DNA of 64,000 nucleotides from Nitrospirota bacterium (GTDB lineage Bacteria; Nitrospirota; Thermodesulfovibrionia; Thermodesulfovibrionales; JdFR-88): NCBI GenBank assembly GCA_021789555.1, contig JAJYJK010000001.1, positions 4,871 to 68,870 of the forward strand, read 5' to 3'. Shown piece by piece: positions 56,039 to 64,000 of this stretch (position 1 is its first letter; each line of letters starts with the position of its first letter). The notes under the pieces were generated by a model. It saw only the letters and a program-made list of their open reading frames with translations, ran no database searches and was not told where the DNA came from. The position numbers and the translations under genes were made by a program.

Positions 56039-58546
56039 ATGCAGGATTTCATCGTAATAGTCGGCGCAAGGGAACATAACCTTAAAAACATAAGGCTTTC
56101 GATACCGAGGCAGAAGACGACGGTCATAACCGGCCCCTCGGGCTCGGGCAAGAGCACCCTTGCCATAGACACCATCTATGCCGAGGGGCAGCGCCGTTAC
56201 GTGGAAAGCCTGTCGCCTTACGCGAGGCAGTTTCTGGGCGAACTCCAGAAACCGGATATCGATTCCATAGAAGGCCTCTCCCCTTCCATCGCCATAAACC
56301 AGAAGACGGTGACGAGGAGCGCCCGTTCCACGGTGGGCACCGTCACGGAGATATATGATTACCTGAGAGTGCTCTATACCAGGGTCGGCAAGGCATTCTG
56401 CTACCGCTGCGGGGGGGCCATTTCCGGACAGGAGAAGGAAGACATAATAAACACCGTCTCCGCGCTGCCGGAGGGCACGAGGTTCCAGGTGCTCTCCCCG
56501 ATCGTCCGGGACAGGAAGGGCGAGTACAGGAAAGAACTCCAGGAGATGAGGGCCGAGGGTTATTTACGCGCCCGAATTGACGGCAAGCTCGTTGACATCG
56601 CCCCGGAGATGAAACTTGCGCGCTACAAGCGCCACACCGTGGAGATAGTCATAGACAGGCTCATAATAAGGCCCGGCATCGACCGGCAGCTAAAAAACGC
56701 AATCGAGGCCGCCCTGAGATACTCGGACACCGCAGTCGTCAATCTCATAGACCGCGGGGAGGACATCGTCTTCAGCAGCAAGGCGGTCTGCCCGCACTGC
56801 GGCATCAGCTATCCCGAGATCACCCCGATGTTTTTCTCCTTCAACAGCCGCTCCGGGGCCTGTCCCGTCTGCCGCGGCCTCGGATACGAATTTTTGGAAT
56901 CCGATGACAGCGAACTCATCAATACGGAAAAACCCTGCCGCGCCTGCAAGGGCATGAGGCTCCGGCCGGAGGCCCTCAGCATAAAACTGGGCGGCTCAAG
57001 CATCGGCGAGGTCGCGCGCCTGTCGGCGAAAGACGCCCTCGATTTCATGAAAAAACTGAAACTCTCCCGGAGGGAAGAGACTATAGCCCAGAGGCTCCTG
57101 CGGGAAATAAAGGAGAGGTTGAACTTCCTTGAAAACGTGGGCCTGGGCTATCTTGCCCTGGAGCGCGCCTCCATAACCCTCTCTGGCGGAGAGTCGCAGC
57201 GCATAAGGCTTGCCACCCAGATAGGCTCCTCGCTCACGGGCGTCCTCTATATACTCGACGAGCCCACCATAGGGCTCCACCCCAGGGATTCGGGCAAACT
57301 CCTTGCCAGCCTGAACAGGCTCAAGGAGCAGGGCAACACGATTGTAATCGTCGAGCACGACGAGGAGACGATGCGCAGGGCCGACCACATCGTGGACATG
57401 GGCCCGGGCGCGGGCCTGCTGGGCGGCTGGGTCATCGCCTCCGGAGCGCCCCACGAGGTCGCCGGAAACGAAAACTCACTGACCGGCCGATACCTGAAGG
57501 GCGAGCTCCAGGTCCCCCTGCCCGAAAAACGGAGAAAACCGGGCCGGAAATTCCTCGAAGTGCTGGGGGCGCAGGCCTATAACCTTAAAAATATCGACGT
57601 GAAAATCCCGGTCGGGCTTTTCACCTGTGTCACGGGCGTCTCCGGCTCCGGCAAGAGCACCCTTGTAAACGAGATAATCTTCAAGGGCCTGAGCAGGCAG
57701 TTATACGGCGACGGGCAAATGCCGGGGAGGCACAGGGAGATACGCGGCGCCCAGTGGTTTGAAAGGGTCATCGAGGTGGAGCAGGCCCCGCTTGGCCGCA
57801 CCCCCCGCTCCAACCCCGCCACCTATTCGGGCGTCTTCAATTACATCAGGGAGCTTTTCAGCATGGCGTCGGAATCGAGGATAAGAGGATTTAGCGCCTC
57901 CAGGTTCAGTTTCAACGTCCAGGGGGGCAGATGCGAGACCTGCAAGGGCGAGGGCCTCAGGAAGGTGGAGATGCATTTCCTGCCCGAGGTATACGTGCCC
58001 TGCGACCTCTGCAGGGGGAAGCGTTACAACAGGGAGACGCTCGATATCCATTACAAGGGGAAAAACATATCCGACGTCCTCGAGATGACCATCTCCGAGG
58101 CCCTTGAGTTCTTCAGGCCCATCGAGCCCGTCAGACGCAGGCTCCAGGTGCTCGCCGATGTTGGACTCGGCTATCTTAAACTCGGCCAGCCGACAACAAC
58201 ACTCTCCGGCGGCGAGGCGCAAAGGGTAAGGCTTTCGAGAGAACTTGGAAAAAAGGCCTCCGGCAAGACCCTCTATATCCTCGATGAGCCCACCACCGGG
58301 CTTCATTTTGTCGATATAGAAAAGCTCCTCCGGGTGCTGGACTCACTCGTTTCGATGGGAAATACGGTTATTGTTGTGGAGCATAACCTGGACGTGATAA
58401 AATCAGCCGACTATCTGATAGATTTGGGGCCGGAAGGCGGTCAGGAGGGCGGCTGCCTGGTTGCGTACGGCCCGCCAGAGGAAGTGGCCGGAAACAAGAA
58501 CTCATATACCGGTAAGGCCCTCCTGCCCAAACTGAGGAGATCGTGA
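56039..58546 (+). CDS. uvrA: Excinuclease ABC subunit A (short form)
   Basis: GAREHNLKNI, GPSGSGKSTLA, LSPSIAINQK, LSGGESQRIRLA, second GVSGSGKSTL, LSGGEAQRVRLS. The ATG at 56039 has a better SD (cggag) than the GTG at 56033. Confidence 0.9.
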   Translation: MQDFIVIVGAREHNLKNIRLSIPRQKTTVITGPSGSGKSTLAIDTIYAEGQRRYVESLSPYARQFLGELQKPDIDSIEGLSPSIAINQKTVTRSARSTVGTVTEIYDYLRVLYTRVGKAFCYRCGGAISGQEKEDIINTVSALPEGTRFQVLSPIVRDRKGEYRKELQEMRAEGYLRARIDGKLVDIAPEMKLARYKRHTVEIVIDRLIIRPGIDRQLKNAIEAALRYSDTAVVNLIDRGEDIVFSSKAVCPHCGISYPEITPMFFSFNSRSGACPVCRGLGYEFLESDDSELINTEKPCRACKGMRLRPEALSIKLGGSSIGEVARLSAKDALDFMKKLKLSRREETIAQRLLREIKERLNFLENVGLGYLALERASITLSGGESQRIRLATQIGSSLTGVLYILDEPTIGLHPRDSGKLLASLNRLKEQGNTIVIVEHDEETMRRADHIVDMGPGAGLLGGWVIASGAPHEVAGNENSLTGRYLKGELQVPLPEKRRKPGRKFLEVLGAQAYNLKNIDVKIPVGLFTCVTGVSGSGKSTLVNEIIFKGLSRQLYGDGQMPGRHREIRGAQWFERVIEVEQAPLGRTPRSNPATYSGVFNYIRELFSMASESRIRGFSASRFSFNVQGGRCETCKGEGLRKVEMHFLPEVYVPCDLCRGKRYNRETLDIHYKGKNISDVLEMTISEALEFFRPIEPVRRRLQVLADVGLGYLKLGQPTTTLSGGEAQRVRLSRELGKKASGKTLYILDEPTTGLHFVDIEKLLRVLDSLVSMGNTVIVVEHNLDVIKSADYLIDLGPEGGQEGGCLVAYGPPEEVAGNKNSYTGKALLPKLRRS

Positions 58547-59586
58547 ACAGGGGAAAAACGTTAATTTTTCACTTCAATAAACTTATAGCAACCACTTTTA
58601 TTTTAAGCTTTTTACTTTTTTTGTTTTCATGCGCACGCCCTCAAAAAGAGCGTCTCTACAGGAAGAGCGCCATACTCATGGACACCCTGGTGACGATCAC
58701 CGTGGTATCCGACTCCCCCAGAAAGGCGGATGCCGCCATTGACGCGGCCTTCGCGGAGATCCGCCATCTCGAAAAGCTGATAAGTTTCTGGGACCCCAGA
58801 AGCGAAATTTCCGCCCTCTCGAGAGAGGCCGGAATAAGACCGGTAAAAGTCTCGCCGGAGACTATGGACCTGGTGGAAAAGGCCATTTACGTGTCCCGGC
58901 AAACTGACGGCGCGTTTGATTGCACAATGGGGCCCGTAATCAAGCTATGGAATATTCCGTACAACAAGACAATACCCGATTCAGCCGACATAAAAAAGGC
59001 TTTGGAGCTGGTCGGCTATAAAGCGGTAAAAATAGACCCGAAAAATTCTACCGTCTTTCTCGGCCGAAAGGGGATGTCCTTCGATACGGGAGGCATCGCC
59101 AAGGGGTGGGCGAATGACTATGCCGAAGCCGTGCTCAAATCAAAAGGAATAAAGGCCGGTCTCATCTCCATAGCCGGAGATGTGAAGGGTTTCGGCAGAA
59201 AGCCCGACGGCCACGGCTGGAGGGTAGGCATAGAAAATCCAAGGCCCAAAGGCAAAGATGATGCTGTGCTGGCAAGCGTGGAACTCCTTGATGAGGACAT
59301 ATCCACTTCGGGCGACTACGAAAGGTATATTATCGTAAACGGCGTCAGATACCATCACATTCTTGACCCCAGGACAGGCTATCCCGCGAGGGGTTTTGAA
59401 AGCGTCACTCTAATAACTCCCGAGGGAGTGTGGTCGGATGGTTTTTCGAAGATTTTTGTCATGGGGCCGGGGAAAGGCCCGGCGCTCGCAAGAAAACTTG
59501 GGTTCGGGATTGTTACCGTTACAGATGACGGGGCGATTCATATATCGGGAAGGGACCTTGAAAAAAGGGTCACGGTGTACAGGTGA
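58543..59586 (+). CDS. apbE: FAD:protein FMN transferase (ApbE family lipoprotein)
   Basis: Lipobox LFSC, then [53 protein letters not shown]. Confidence 0.85.
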   Translation: MNRGKTLIFHFNKLIATTFILSFLLFLFSCARPQKERLYRKSAILMDTLVTITVVSDSPRKADAAIDAAFAEIRHLEKLISFWDPRSEISALSREAGIRPVKVSPETMDLVEKAIYVSRQTDGAFDCTMGPVIKLWNIPYNKTIPDSADIKKALELVGYKAVKIDPKNSTVFLGRKGMSFDTGGIAKGWANDYAEAVLKSKGIKAGLISIAGDVKGFGRKPDGHGWRVGIENPRPKGKDDAVLASVELLDEDISTSGDYERYIIVNGVRYHHILDPRTGYPARGFESVTLITPEGVWSDGFSKIFVMGPGKGPALARKLGFGIVTVTDDGAIHISGRDLEKRVTVYR

Positions 59587-59810
59587 AAGTCTCCTGCCCT
59601 GTTTGCCGGAAGATGACCCAGTGGAAGGGCAACCCGTGGAGGCCGTTTTGCTCCGAAAGGTGCAAGACTATCGACCTTGCCTCCTGGGCCTCCGAAGAGT
59701 ACAGGATACCGGCAGAGAGACTGGGAGAAGAGGAGCTGGAGGAGGAGAGAAGAGGAAAAACGGATGAGCCGGCGGACGTCCCTTCATCCGAAGGGGGCGA
59801 CGCCGCATGA
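59583..59810 (+). CDS. yacG: DNA gyrase inhibitor YacG (zinc finger)
   Basis: CPVCRK...[27 protein letters not shown] start overlapping the apbE stop. Confidence 0.8.
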   Translation: MKVSCPVCRKMTQWKGNPWRPFCSERCKTIDLASWASEEYRIPAERLGEEELEEERRGKTDEPADVPSSEGGDAA

Positions 59811-60259
59811 GCGAGGTCTTGAACGGGCTTAAAAAACAGACCTTCTTCAGCTTCCTCGACGCTGCGGGGCGCGTCTTCATCCATGTGAGGCCATCCGGCG
59901 GCGCCTTCATCGGCGAGCGGGGATTCACGCCCGATGAGTTGGAAAAGGGGATAGTGCTCGTCTTTAACAGCAAGATGCCCTTCGATTGGGGGCAACAGGG
60001 CATATCGGCCACTCTTGTCTTCGGCAGCTCGGCCCAGAAATGCTTTATTCCCGCGGACGATATAATCGCGGTCTTCAGCCCGGAACTGGAGGCCCGCCTC
60101 ATCCTCGACCCGCCGGGCGGCGGGCCCCCGAAGGACGGTTTTTTGCCCCCCGAGGAGCAAAAAACCGCCGCGTCACATGATCAGACGGAGAGAAACGAAG
60201 ACGGAGGCAGGAAAAAGCTGATAAAGGTTGATTTCAGGAGAAAAGAGCGGGACAAATAA
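59807..60259 (+). CDS. SspB-like ClpXP adaptor (stringent starvation protein B family)
   Basis: [14 protein letters not shown]...GIVLVF...[23 protein letters not shown] core, then a disordered tail ending in a basic/hydrophobic patch (KKLIKVDF). Confidence 0.5.
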   Translation: MSEVLNGLKKQTFFSFLDAAGRVFIHVRPSGGAFIGERGFTPDELEKGIVLVFNSKMPFDWGQQGISATLVFGSSAQKCFIPADDIIAVFSPELEARLILDPPGGGPPKDGFLPPEEQKTAASHDQTERNEDGGRKKLIKVDFRRKERDK

Positions 60260-60296
60260 GGGGGGCCGAGAGGAAAACAATGACGAGGGGGAAACA

Positions 60297-60560
60297 ATGA
60301 TGGAAACGGAAGACAAAAATGTCATCCACGACGCAATCGCGGAAGAGGTCAGGAAAAAACTCAGACACCAGTACCGGGAGATAAAACTAAACCCCTCGGG
60401 GCAAAGACTTCACGAGTTCAATGGGCAATACCCGGACCTCATACTCTCGGAGCAGGGGATGGTGCTGGTCCTGGTCGAGATAGAGACTGAAAATTCCATC
60501 ACACCTGATAAGATTAATATATGGAAAGGCCTGGCCGGCTCCGGGCCCAGACTCTACTGA
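60297..60560 (+). CDS. Small hypothetical protein
   Basis: The ATG at 60297 follows gaggggg. YPDLIL...VLVLVEIETE is faintly PD-(D/E)xK-like. A 35-codon ORF (60560-60667, MAPKAMKARL...) starts at the stop (TGATG) and may be the same gene split by a frameshift. Confidence 0.3.
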   Translation: MMETEDKNVIHDAIAEEVRKKLRHQYREIKLNPSGQRLHEFNGQYPDLILSEQGMVLVLVEIETENSITPDKINIWKGLAGSGPRLY

Positions 60561-60686
60561 TGGCGCCCAAGGCAATGAAGGCCAGGCTCGCCTCCATGCT
60601 CTGGGACAGCGGCCTCGCAGGCAAGGTCGCTCTGGGCAGCTACGAAATCAGTATAAACATGCCCTGACATCTGGCTTTTAGTAAAA

Positions 60687-60724
60687 CCCTCTCCCTTGAT
60701 AGGGAGAGGGTTGGGAGAGGGTGA
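60687..60724. repeat. REP-like palindrome, partial copy C
   Basis: ccctctccc-ttgata-gggagaggg-tt-gggagagggtga. It has the same inner hairpin as copies A and B but lacks the left outer arm. Confidence 0.7.
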
Positions 60725-60725
60725 A

Positions 60726-61112
60726 ATGGCAGACGATCTCATGCGGATAAAGATCCAAGTGGGCGGGGTGGAGCTTGAGGCGCGGCTCCTGGACAACGAG
60801 ACGGCAAGGGCGGTATATGACCTGCTGCCTGTCGAGGGGTATAACAATGTTTGGGGGGACGAGTTCTATTTCGAGATACCGCTCTACATGCCCCCTGACG
60901 ATTCGGCCACGACGGAAGTGGTCGTCGGAGACATAGGCTACTGGCCGCCGGGGAAGGCGATAGCAATTTTTTTCGGCCCTACGCCTTTGAGCAAGGCCGA
61001 CGGCAGGCCTGTGCCGGCCGGCCCGGTAAACCTGATAGGCAGGATAAGCGGGGATGCTGCCGCTCTCAGGAAGGCTAGGGATTTCAATCCCATAACACTT
61101 GAAAAGGCCTGA
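60726..61112 (+). CDS. Cyclophilin-like-fold protein
   Basis: IKIQVGGVELEARLLDNETARAVYDLLP...GDIGYWPPGKAIAIFFGPTP pattern. The ORF-track TTG start at 60696 lies inside the repeat, so ATG 60726 was used. Confidence 0.55.
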   Translation: MADDLMRIKIQVGGVELEARLLDNETARAVYDLLPVEGYNNVWGDEFYFEIPLYMPPDDSATTEVVVGDIGYWPPGKAIAIFFGPTPLSKADGRPVPAGPVNLIGRISGDAAALRKARDFNPITLEKA

Positions 61113-61132
61113 AGGAGGACATTTCAGACAAG

Positions 61133-61942
61133 ATGGTGAAAATAGCGGTAGCGGGGGCGATGGGGAGGATGGGAAGCCGGATTGCGGCGCTTTCCACGGA
61201 ATATGGGGACATCCGGCTTGCGGGGGCGTTAGAGCGGAAGGGCCATCCGGACGCAGGCAAGGAGTTTTGGACGCTGATTGGCCTCGGAGGGCAATCGCCG
61301 TCAGTAAAACTCTCTGAAGATGTCCATGAGGCGCTTTCGGCGGCGGACGTCCTTATTGATTTTACCCAGCCCGCCTCCACGCTATCGAACCTCAGGGCCT
61401 GTGTGGAAACGGGCAAGGCGATGGTGATAGGCACAACCGGGTTTGACGCGGCGCAGACGGGAGAGATAAAAAAGCTCGCCCCCCGGATACGCTCGGTCAT
61501 GGCCGCCAACATGAGCCTGGGCATAAACCTCCTGCTCAAAGTCGTAAGGCAGATGGCGCAGGCGCTTGGCGGCGACTACGACGTGGAGATAATCGAGGCC
61601 CATCACAGGTATAAAAAGGATGCCCCGTCCGGGACGGCGCTTAAACTGGCGCAGGCCGCCGCCGACGGACTGGGCAGAAACCTGGACGATGTGGCGGTCT
61701 ATGCCAGGCGCGGGATGATAGGCCAGAGGTCTTCAGCCGAGATAGGCATCCAGACGATCAGGGCCGGCGACATAGTGGGCGAGCATACGGTGCTCTTTGG
61801 CGGGCTTGGAGAGCGCATTGAAGTCACCCACAGGGTGGCAAACAGGGACACATTTGCAAGGGGGGCGCTCAGAGCGGCCCTCTGGCTTCAAGGCAGGCAG
61901 CCCGGCCTTTATGATATGCAGGACGTGCTGGGCCTGAAATGA
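61133..61942 (+). CDS. dapB: 4-hydroxy-tetrahydrodipicolinate reductase
   Basis: VKIAVAGAMGRMG, VIGTTGF, EAHHRYKKDAPSGTALKLA, IRAGDIVGEHTV. Confidence 0.9.
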   Translation: MVKIAVAGAMGRMGSRIAALSTEYGDIRLAGALERKGHPDAGKEFWTLIGLGGQSPSVKLSEDVHEALSAADVLIDFTQPASTLSNLRACVETGKAMVIGTTGFDAAQTGEIKKLAPRIRSVMAANMSLGINLLLKVVRQMAQALGGDYDVEIIEAHHRYKKDAPSGTALKLAQAAADGLGRNLDDVAVYARRGMIGQRSSAEIGIQTIRAGDIVGEHTVLFGGLGERIEVTHRVANRDTFARGALRAALWLQGRQPGLYDMQDVLGLK

Positions 61943-64000
61943 GTCCTGACGAACCGCTCCTCGTCCTGCCGGCTGGCCAGGTTGCCTTTCAGTCTCTCAT
62001 GGAGGATGGCCCTGAATATCCGTGAGAAGAGCGGGCCGGGCGTGAAACCCATCGCTGCCAGGTCCGCCCCTTTTAAAAGCGGCCTTTCCCTTCGCAGCTC
62101 AAGCAGATACCGGGAGACCGCCTTTTTCTGCCCCTCCTCGCCGGCCAGCGCCATGGCAAGAAGCAGGCTCTCAATCGGCAGCCCGTTTAAAACCTCATAG
62201 AGTTCAACCGCGCTTTCAGGGATTTTTGCCGCGGCCAATCTTTTAGCAAGCACTTCCCTTGCCTTCTCGATGCCACCGGCGATCGCGGAGCCGGTCTTTG
62301 ACGAGACCTGGAGCCTGCGGAGCGCAAAACCGATCTCTTCCGCGCCTAATCCGCTTAACAGGGCCATCAGATAGAGCGCGGCCCTGTCGACGGGTTCTCC
62401 GGTGAAAGAAAGCCCGAACCACAGGAGCGCGTCGTGCGCGGCCCGGATGCCGCTGAGCGTCTCGTCTTTCTTCATGGCCGGATGCAGCACCTTCAAAAGC
62501 CCGTACTCGGCCAGTTTGCCTATCGCCGCAGCGGGCTCCGTCTCCTTGAATATAAGGCGCAGTTCCTCATACAGCCTCGAACCCGAGAGCCGCCCGAAGA
62601 GGTCCATCTCGAGGGCGGATTTTAAAAGTTCCTCCGTATGCCTGGATAGTTTGAAACCGAAACGGACGGCAAAGCGCACGGCCCGGAAGGCCCTTGTCGG
62701 GTCCTCGATAAAGCTCAGATCATGCAGCACCCGGATGGTCTTGTCCCTGAGGTCGCGCCTGCCGCCGAAGAAATCCACAAGCAGGCCGAAATTCGGCCGG
62801 TTCAGCTTGACCGCCAGCGTATTGATGGTGAAATCCCGGCGCTGAAGGTCGCGTTTTATCGAAGAGACCTCCACCTTCGGGAGGGCCGCCGGAAACTCAT
62901 AGTATTCCGTGCGAGCGGTGGCGACATCGAGCTTTAAATCCGGCAGGATGACAATTGCGGTGCCGAACCGTTCGTGCGTCCTCAGGCGCGCCCCGAGCGC
63001 TGCCGCCAATACGCGGGCGAAACCTATCGCGTCGCCCTCCACAACGAGGTCGATGTCCAGGTTGCGGGTGCCGCGAAGCAGGTCCCTCACCGAGCCGCCG
63101 ACCATATAGACCGAAAGCGCAAGCTCGTCGGCCGTCTGGCCGGCGAGTCTCAGTATCTGCACGATCCGATCGGGGAACTGCTCCTTGATGTTTTTTGCGA
63201 GGTTCCTTTCGAGGTGCGGCCTGATCAGTCCGGTCTCACCCGGGGGTATCCGGCTGCGCCTGAGATAGTCCTCGTAGAGGACTCGAAGTATGTCCGTCCT
63301 GGTGATTGCGCCGAGGATGCCGCCCTCCACGTCCAGCACCGGCATGAAGCGCTGGTTTCGCTCGACCATAAGGGCCTCCACCTCGCCTATGGGCGTCTCG
63401 GGCCTTACCGTGGAGGCGTCCGTCACGGTGAAACCCATCACGCCTGTCTTTGCAAACCCGTGAAAAAGGGCCTTTTCGACGACCTCGCGCGATATCATCC
63501 CCCTGTAAAGCGAGTCCCCGAGCACCGGCAGGACATTCACGCCGTAGCGGGTCATCATCTTTTCGGCCTCGGCTATCGTCGCAGTGAAATCTATGGTGAC
63601 GACGGGCCTCGTCATCACGTCGCCGGCGACCGTCTCCGGCCTTACATGCCTTTTGAGAGATTCGACCAGTTTTTCTTCGAGTATCTCAAGGGGCATATCG
63701 GCCACGGTGGCCGAGGCCGCGCCCCTGTGTCCGCCGCCGCCGAAATCCTCCACTACGCGGGCGACGTCTATCTCTGGCGCCCGGCTGCGGCCCACGACCA
63801 CAATCTTGCCCTCCATCGAGACCATCATCAGAAGGGCGTCTATGTCTTCGGCGTCCATTATGCTGTGGGCGAGCTGTGCGGCATCCCCCATATAGCTCTC
63901 CGCCGCGGCCTTCGCAACCTTCACCCTGAGCCCGCGTATGATCAAATCCCTCGAATTCTCCAGCAGCTCATTCAGGAGCGAGATCTCCTGCCTGCCGAAC
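61909..64000 (-). CDS. DHH/DHHA1 - CBS pair - poly(A) polymerase/tRNA nucleotidyltransferase family protein, N-terminus beyond the window
   Basis: The frame is open to base 64000. DFGGGGHRGAASA (DHHA1), two CBS-like segments, GGSVRDLLRG...DIDLVVEG and RDFTINTLA (nucleotidyltransferase head). It overlaps the dapB 3' end by 34 nt. Confidence 0.8.
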   Translation of the reverse strand, partial: FGRQEISLLNELLENSRDLIIRGLRVKVAKAAAESYMGDAAQLAHSIMDAEDIDALLMMVSMEGKIVVVGRSRAPEIDVARVVEDFGGGGHRGAASATVADMPLEILEEKLVESLKRHVRPETVAGDVMTRPVVTIDFTATIAEAEKMMTRYGVNVLPVLGDSLYRGMISREVVEKALFHGFAKTGVMGFTVTDASTVRPETPIGEVEALMVERNQRFMPVLDVEGGILGAITRTDILRVLYEDYLRRSRIPPGETGLIRPHLERNLAKNIKEQFPDRIVQILRLAGQTADELALSVYMVGGSVRDLLRGTRNLDIDLVVEGDAIGFARVLAAALGARLRTHERFGTAIVILPDLKLDVATARTEYYEFPAALPKVEVSSIKRDLQRRDFTINTLAVKLNRPNFGLLVDFFGGRRDLRDKTIRVLHDLSFIEDPTRAFRAVRFAVRFGFKLSRHTEELLKSALEMDLFGRLSGSRLYEELRLIFKETEPAAAIGKLAEYGLLKVLHPAMKKDETLSGIRAAHDALLWFGLSFTGEPVDRAALYLMALLSGLGAEEIGFALRRLQVSSKTGSAIAGGIEKAREVLAKRLAAAKIPESAVELYEVLNGLPIESLLLAMALAGEEGQKKAVSRYLLELRRERPLLKGADLAAMGFTPGPLFSRIFRAILHERLKGNLASRQDEERFVRTHFRPSTSCIS

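Noticed and set aside
60560-60667. A 35-codon ORF (MAPKAMKARLASMLWDSGLAGKVALGSYEISINMP) coupled by TGATG to the small gene at 60297-60560.
   Set aside because: It is too short and featureless to call on its own. It is probably the continuation of the upstream gene after a frameshift, or non-coding. It is noted in the feature evidence only.

Overview
This is a GC-rich bacterial chromosomal window. I recognised no rRNA, tRNA, CRISPR array, transposase or integrase.

Layout:
- (i) 1-36041, plus strand. About 30 co-directional, tightly packed genes, many with ATGA-type start/stop overlaps, for a complex envelope glycan. They include GT2, GT4 and three GT14 glycosyltransferases, a Wzy/O-antigen-ligase-like protein, WecB and a WbpB/WbpD/WbpE-like 3-amino-sugar branch. 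They also include a B12-radical-SAM enzyme, CE4 deacetylases, AsnB-type amidotransferases and repeated FemAB/GNAT-like plus deacetylase-like or DegT-like cassettes. The block ends in a single-module NRPS-like A-T-TE protein and an Sfp-type PPTase.
- (ii) 35931-45567, minus strand. hemB, an RmlC-like epimerase, a pseudo-receiver, a sigma54 enhancer-binding protein and a fused phosphoglycosyl-transferase/CapD(PglF)-like dehydratase. These are followed by a PglE-like aminotransferase, a NusG paralog preceded by a good sigma54 -24/-12 match, and a histidine kinase.
- (iii) 45758-55950. glmS, galE bracketed by inverted REP-like nested palindromes, a second sigma54 activator and a GAF-GGDEF cyclase. 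Also a HAMP-like membrane protein, a UbiA prenyltransferase, a canonical PilZ protein and a DUF1573-like gene interrupted by an in-frame TGA.
- (iv) 56039-64000. Housekeeping genes: uvrA, apbE, yacG, an sspB-like gene, a cyclophilin-like gene, dapB and a CBS/DHH-tRNA-nucleotidyltransferase family gene cut by the window edge.

The most interesting candidate is a c-di-GMP-wired glycan system. The fused initiating transferase/dehydratase carries an inserted pair of MshEN-type c-di-GMP-binding motifs. The same locus encodes a carrier-protein-dependent acyl branch whose TE domain has a Cys nucleophile and whose A domain lacks the Asp235 equivalent.

All functional calls rest on motif reading of the supplied translations. 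No database search was possible.
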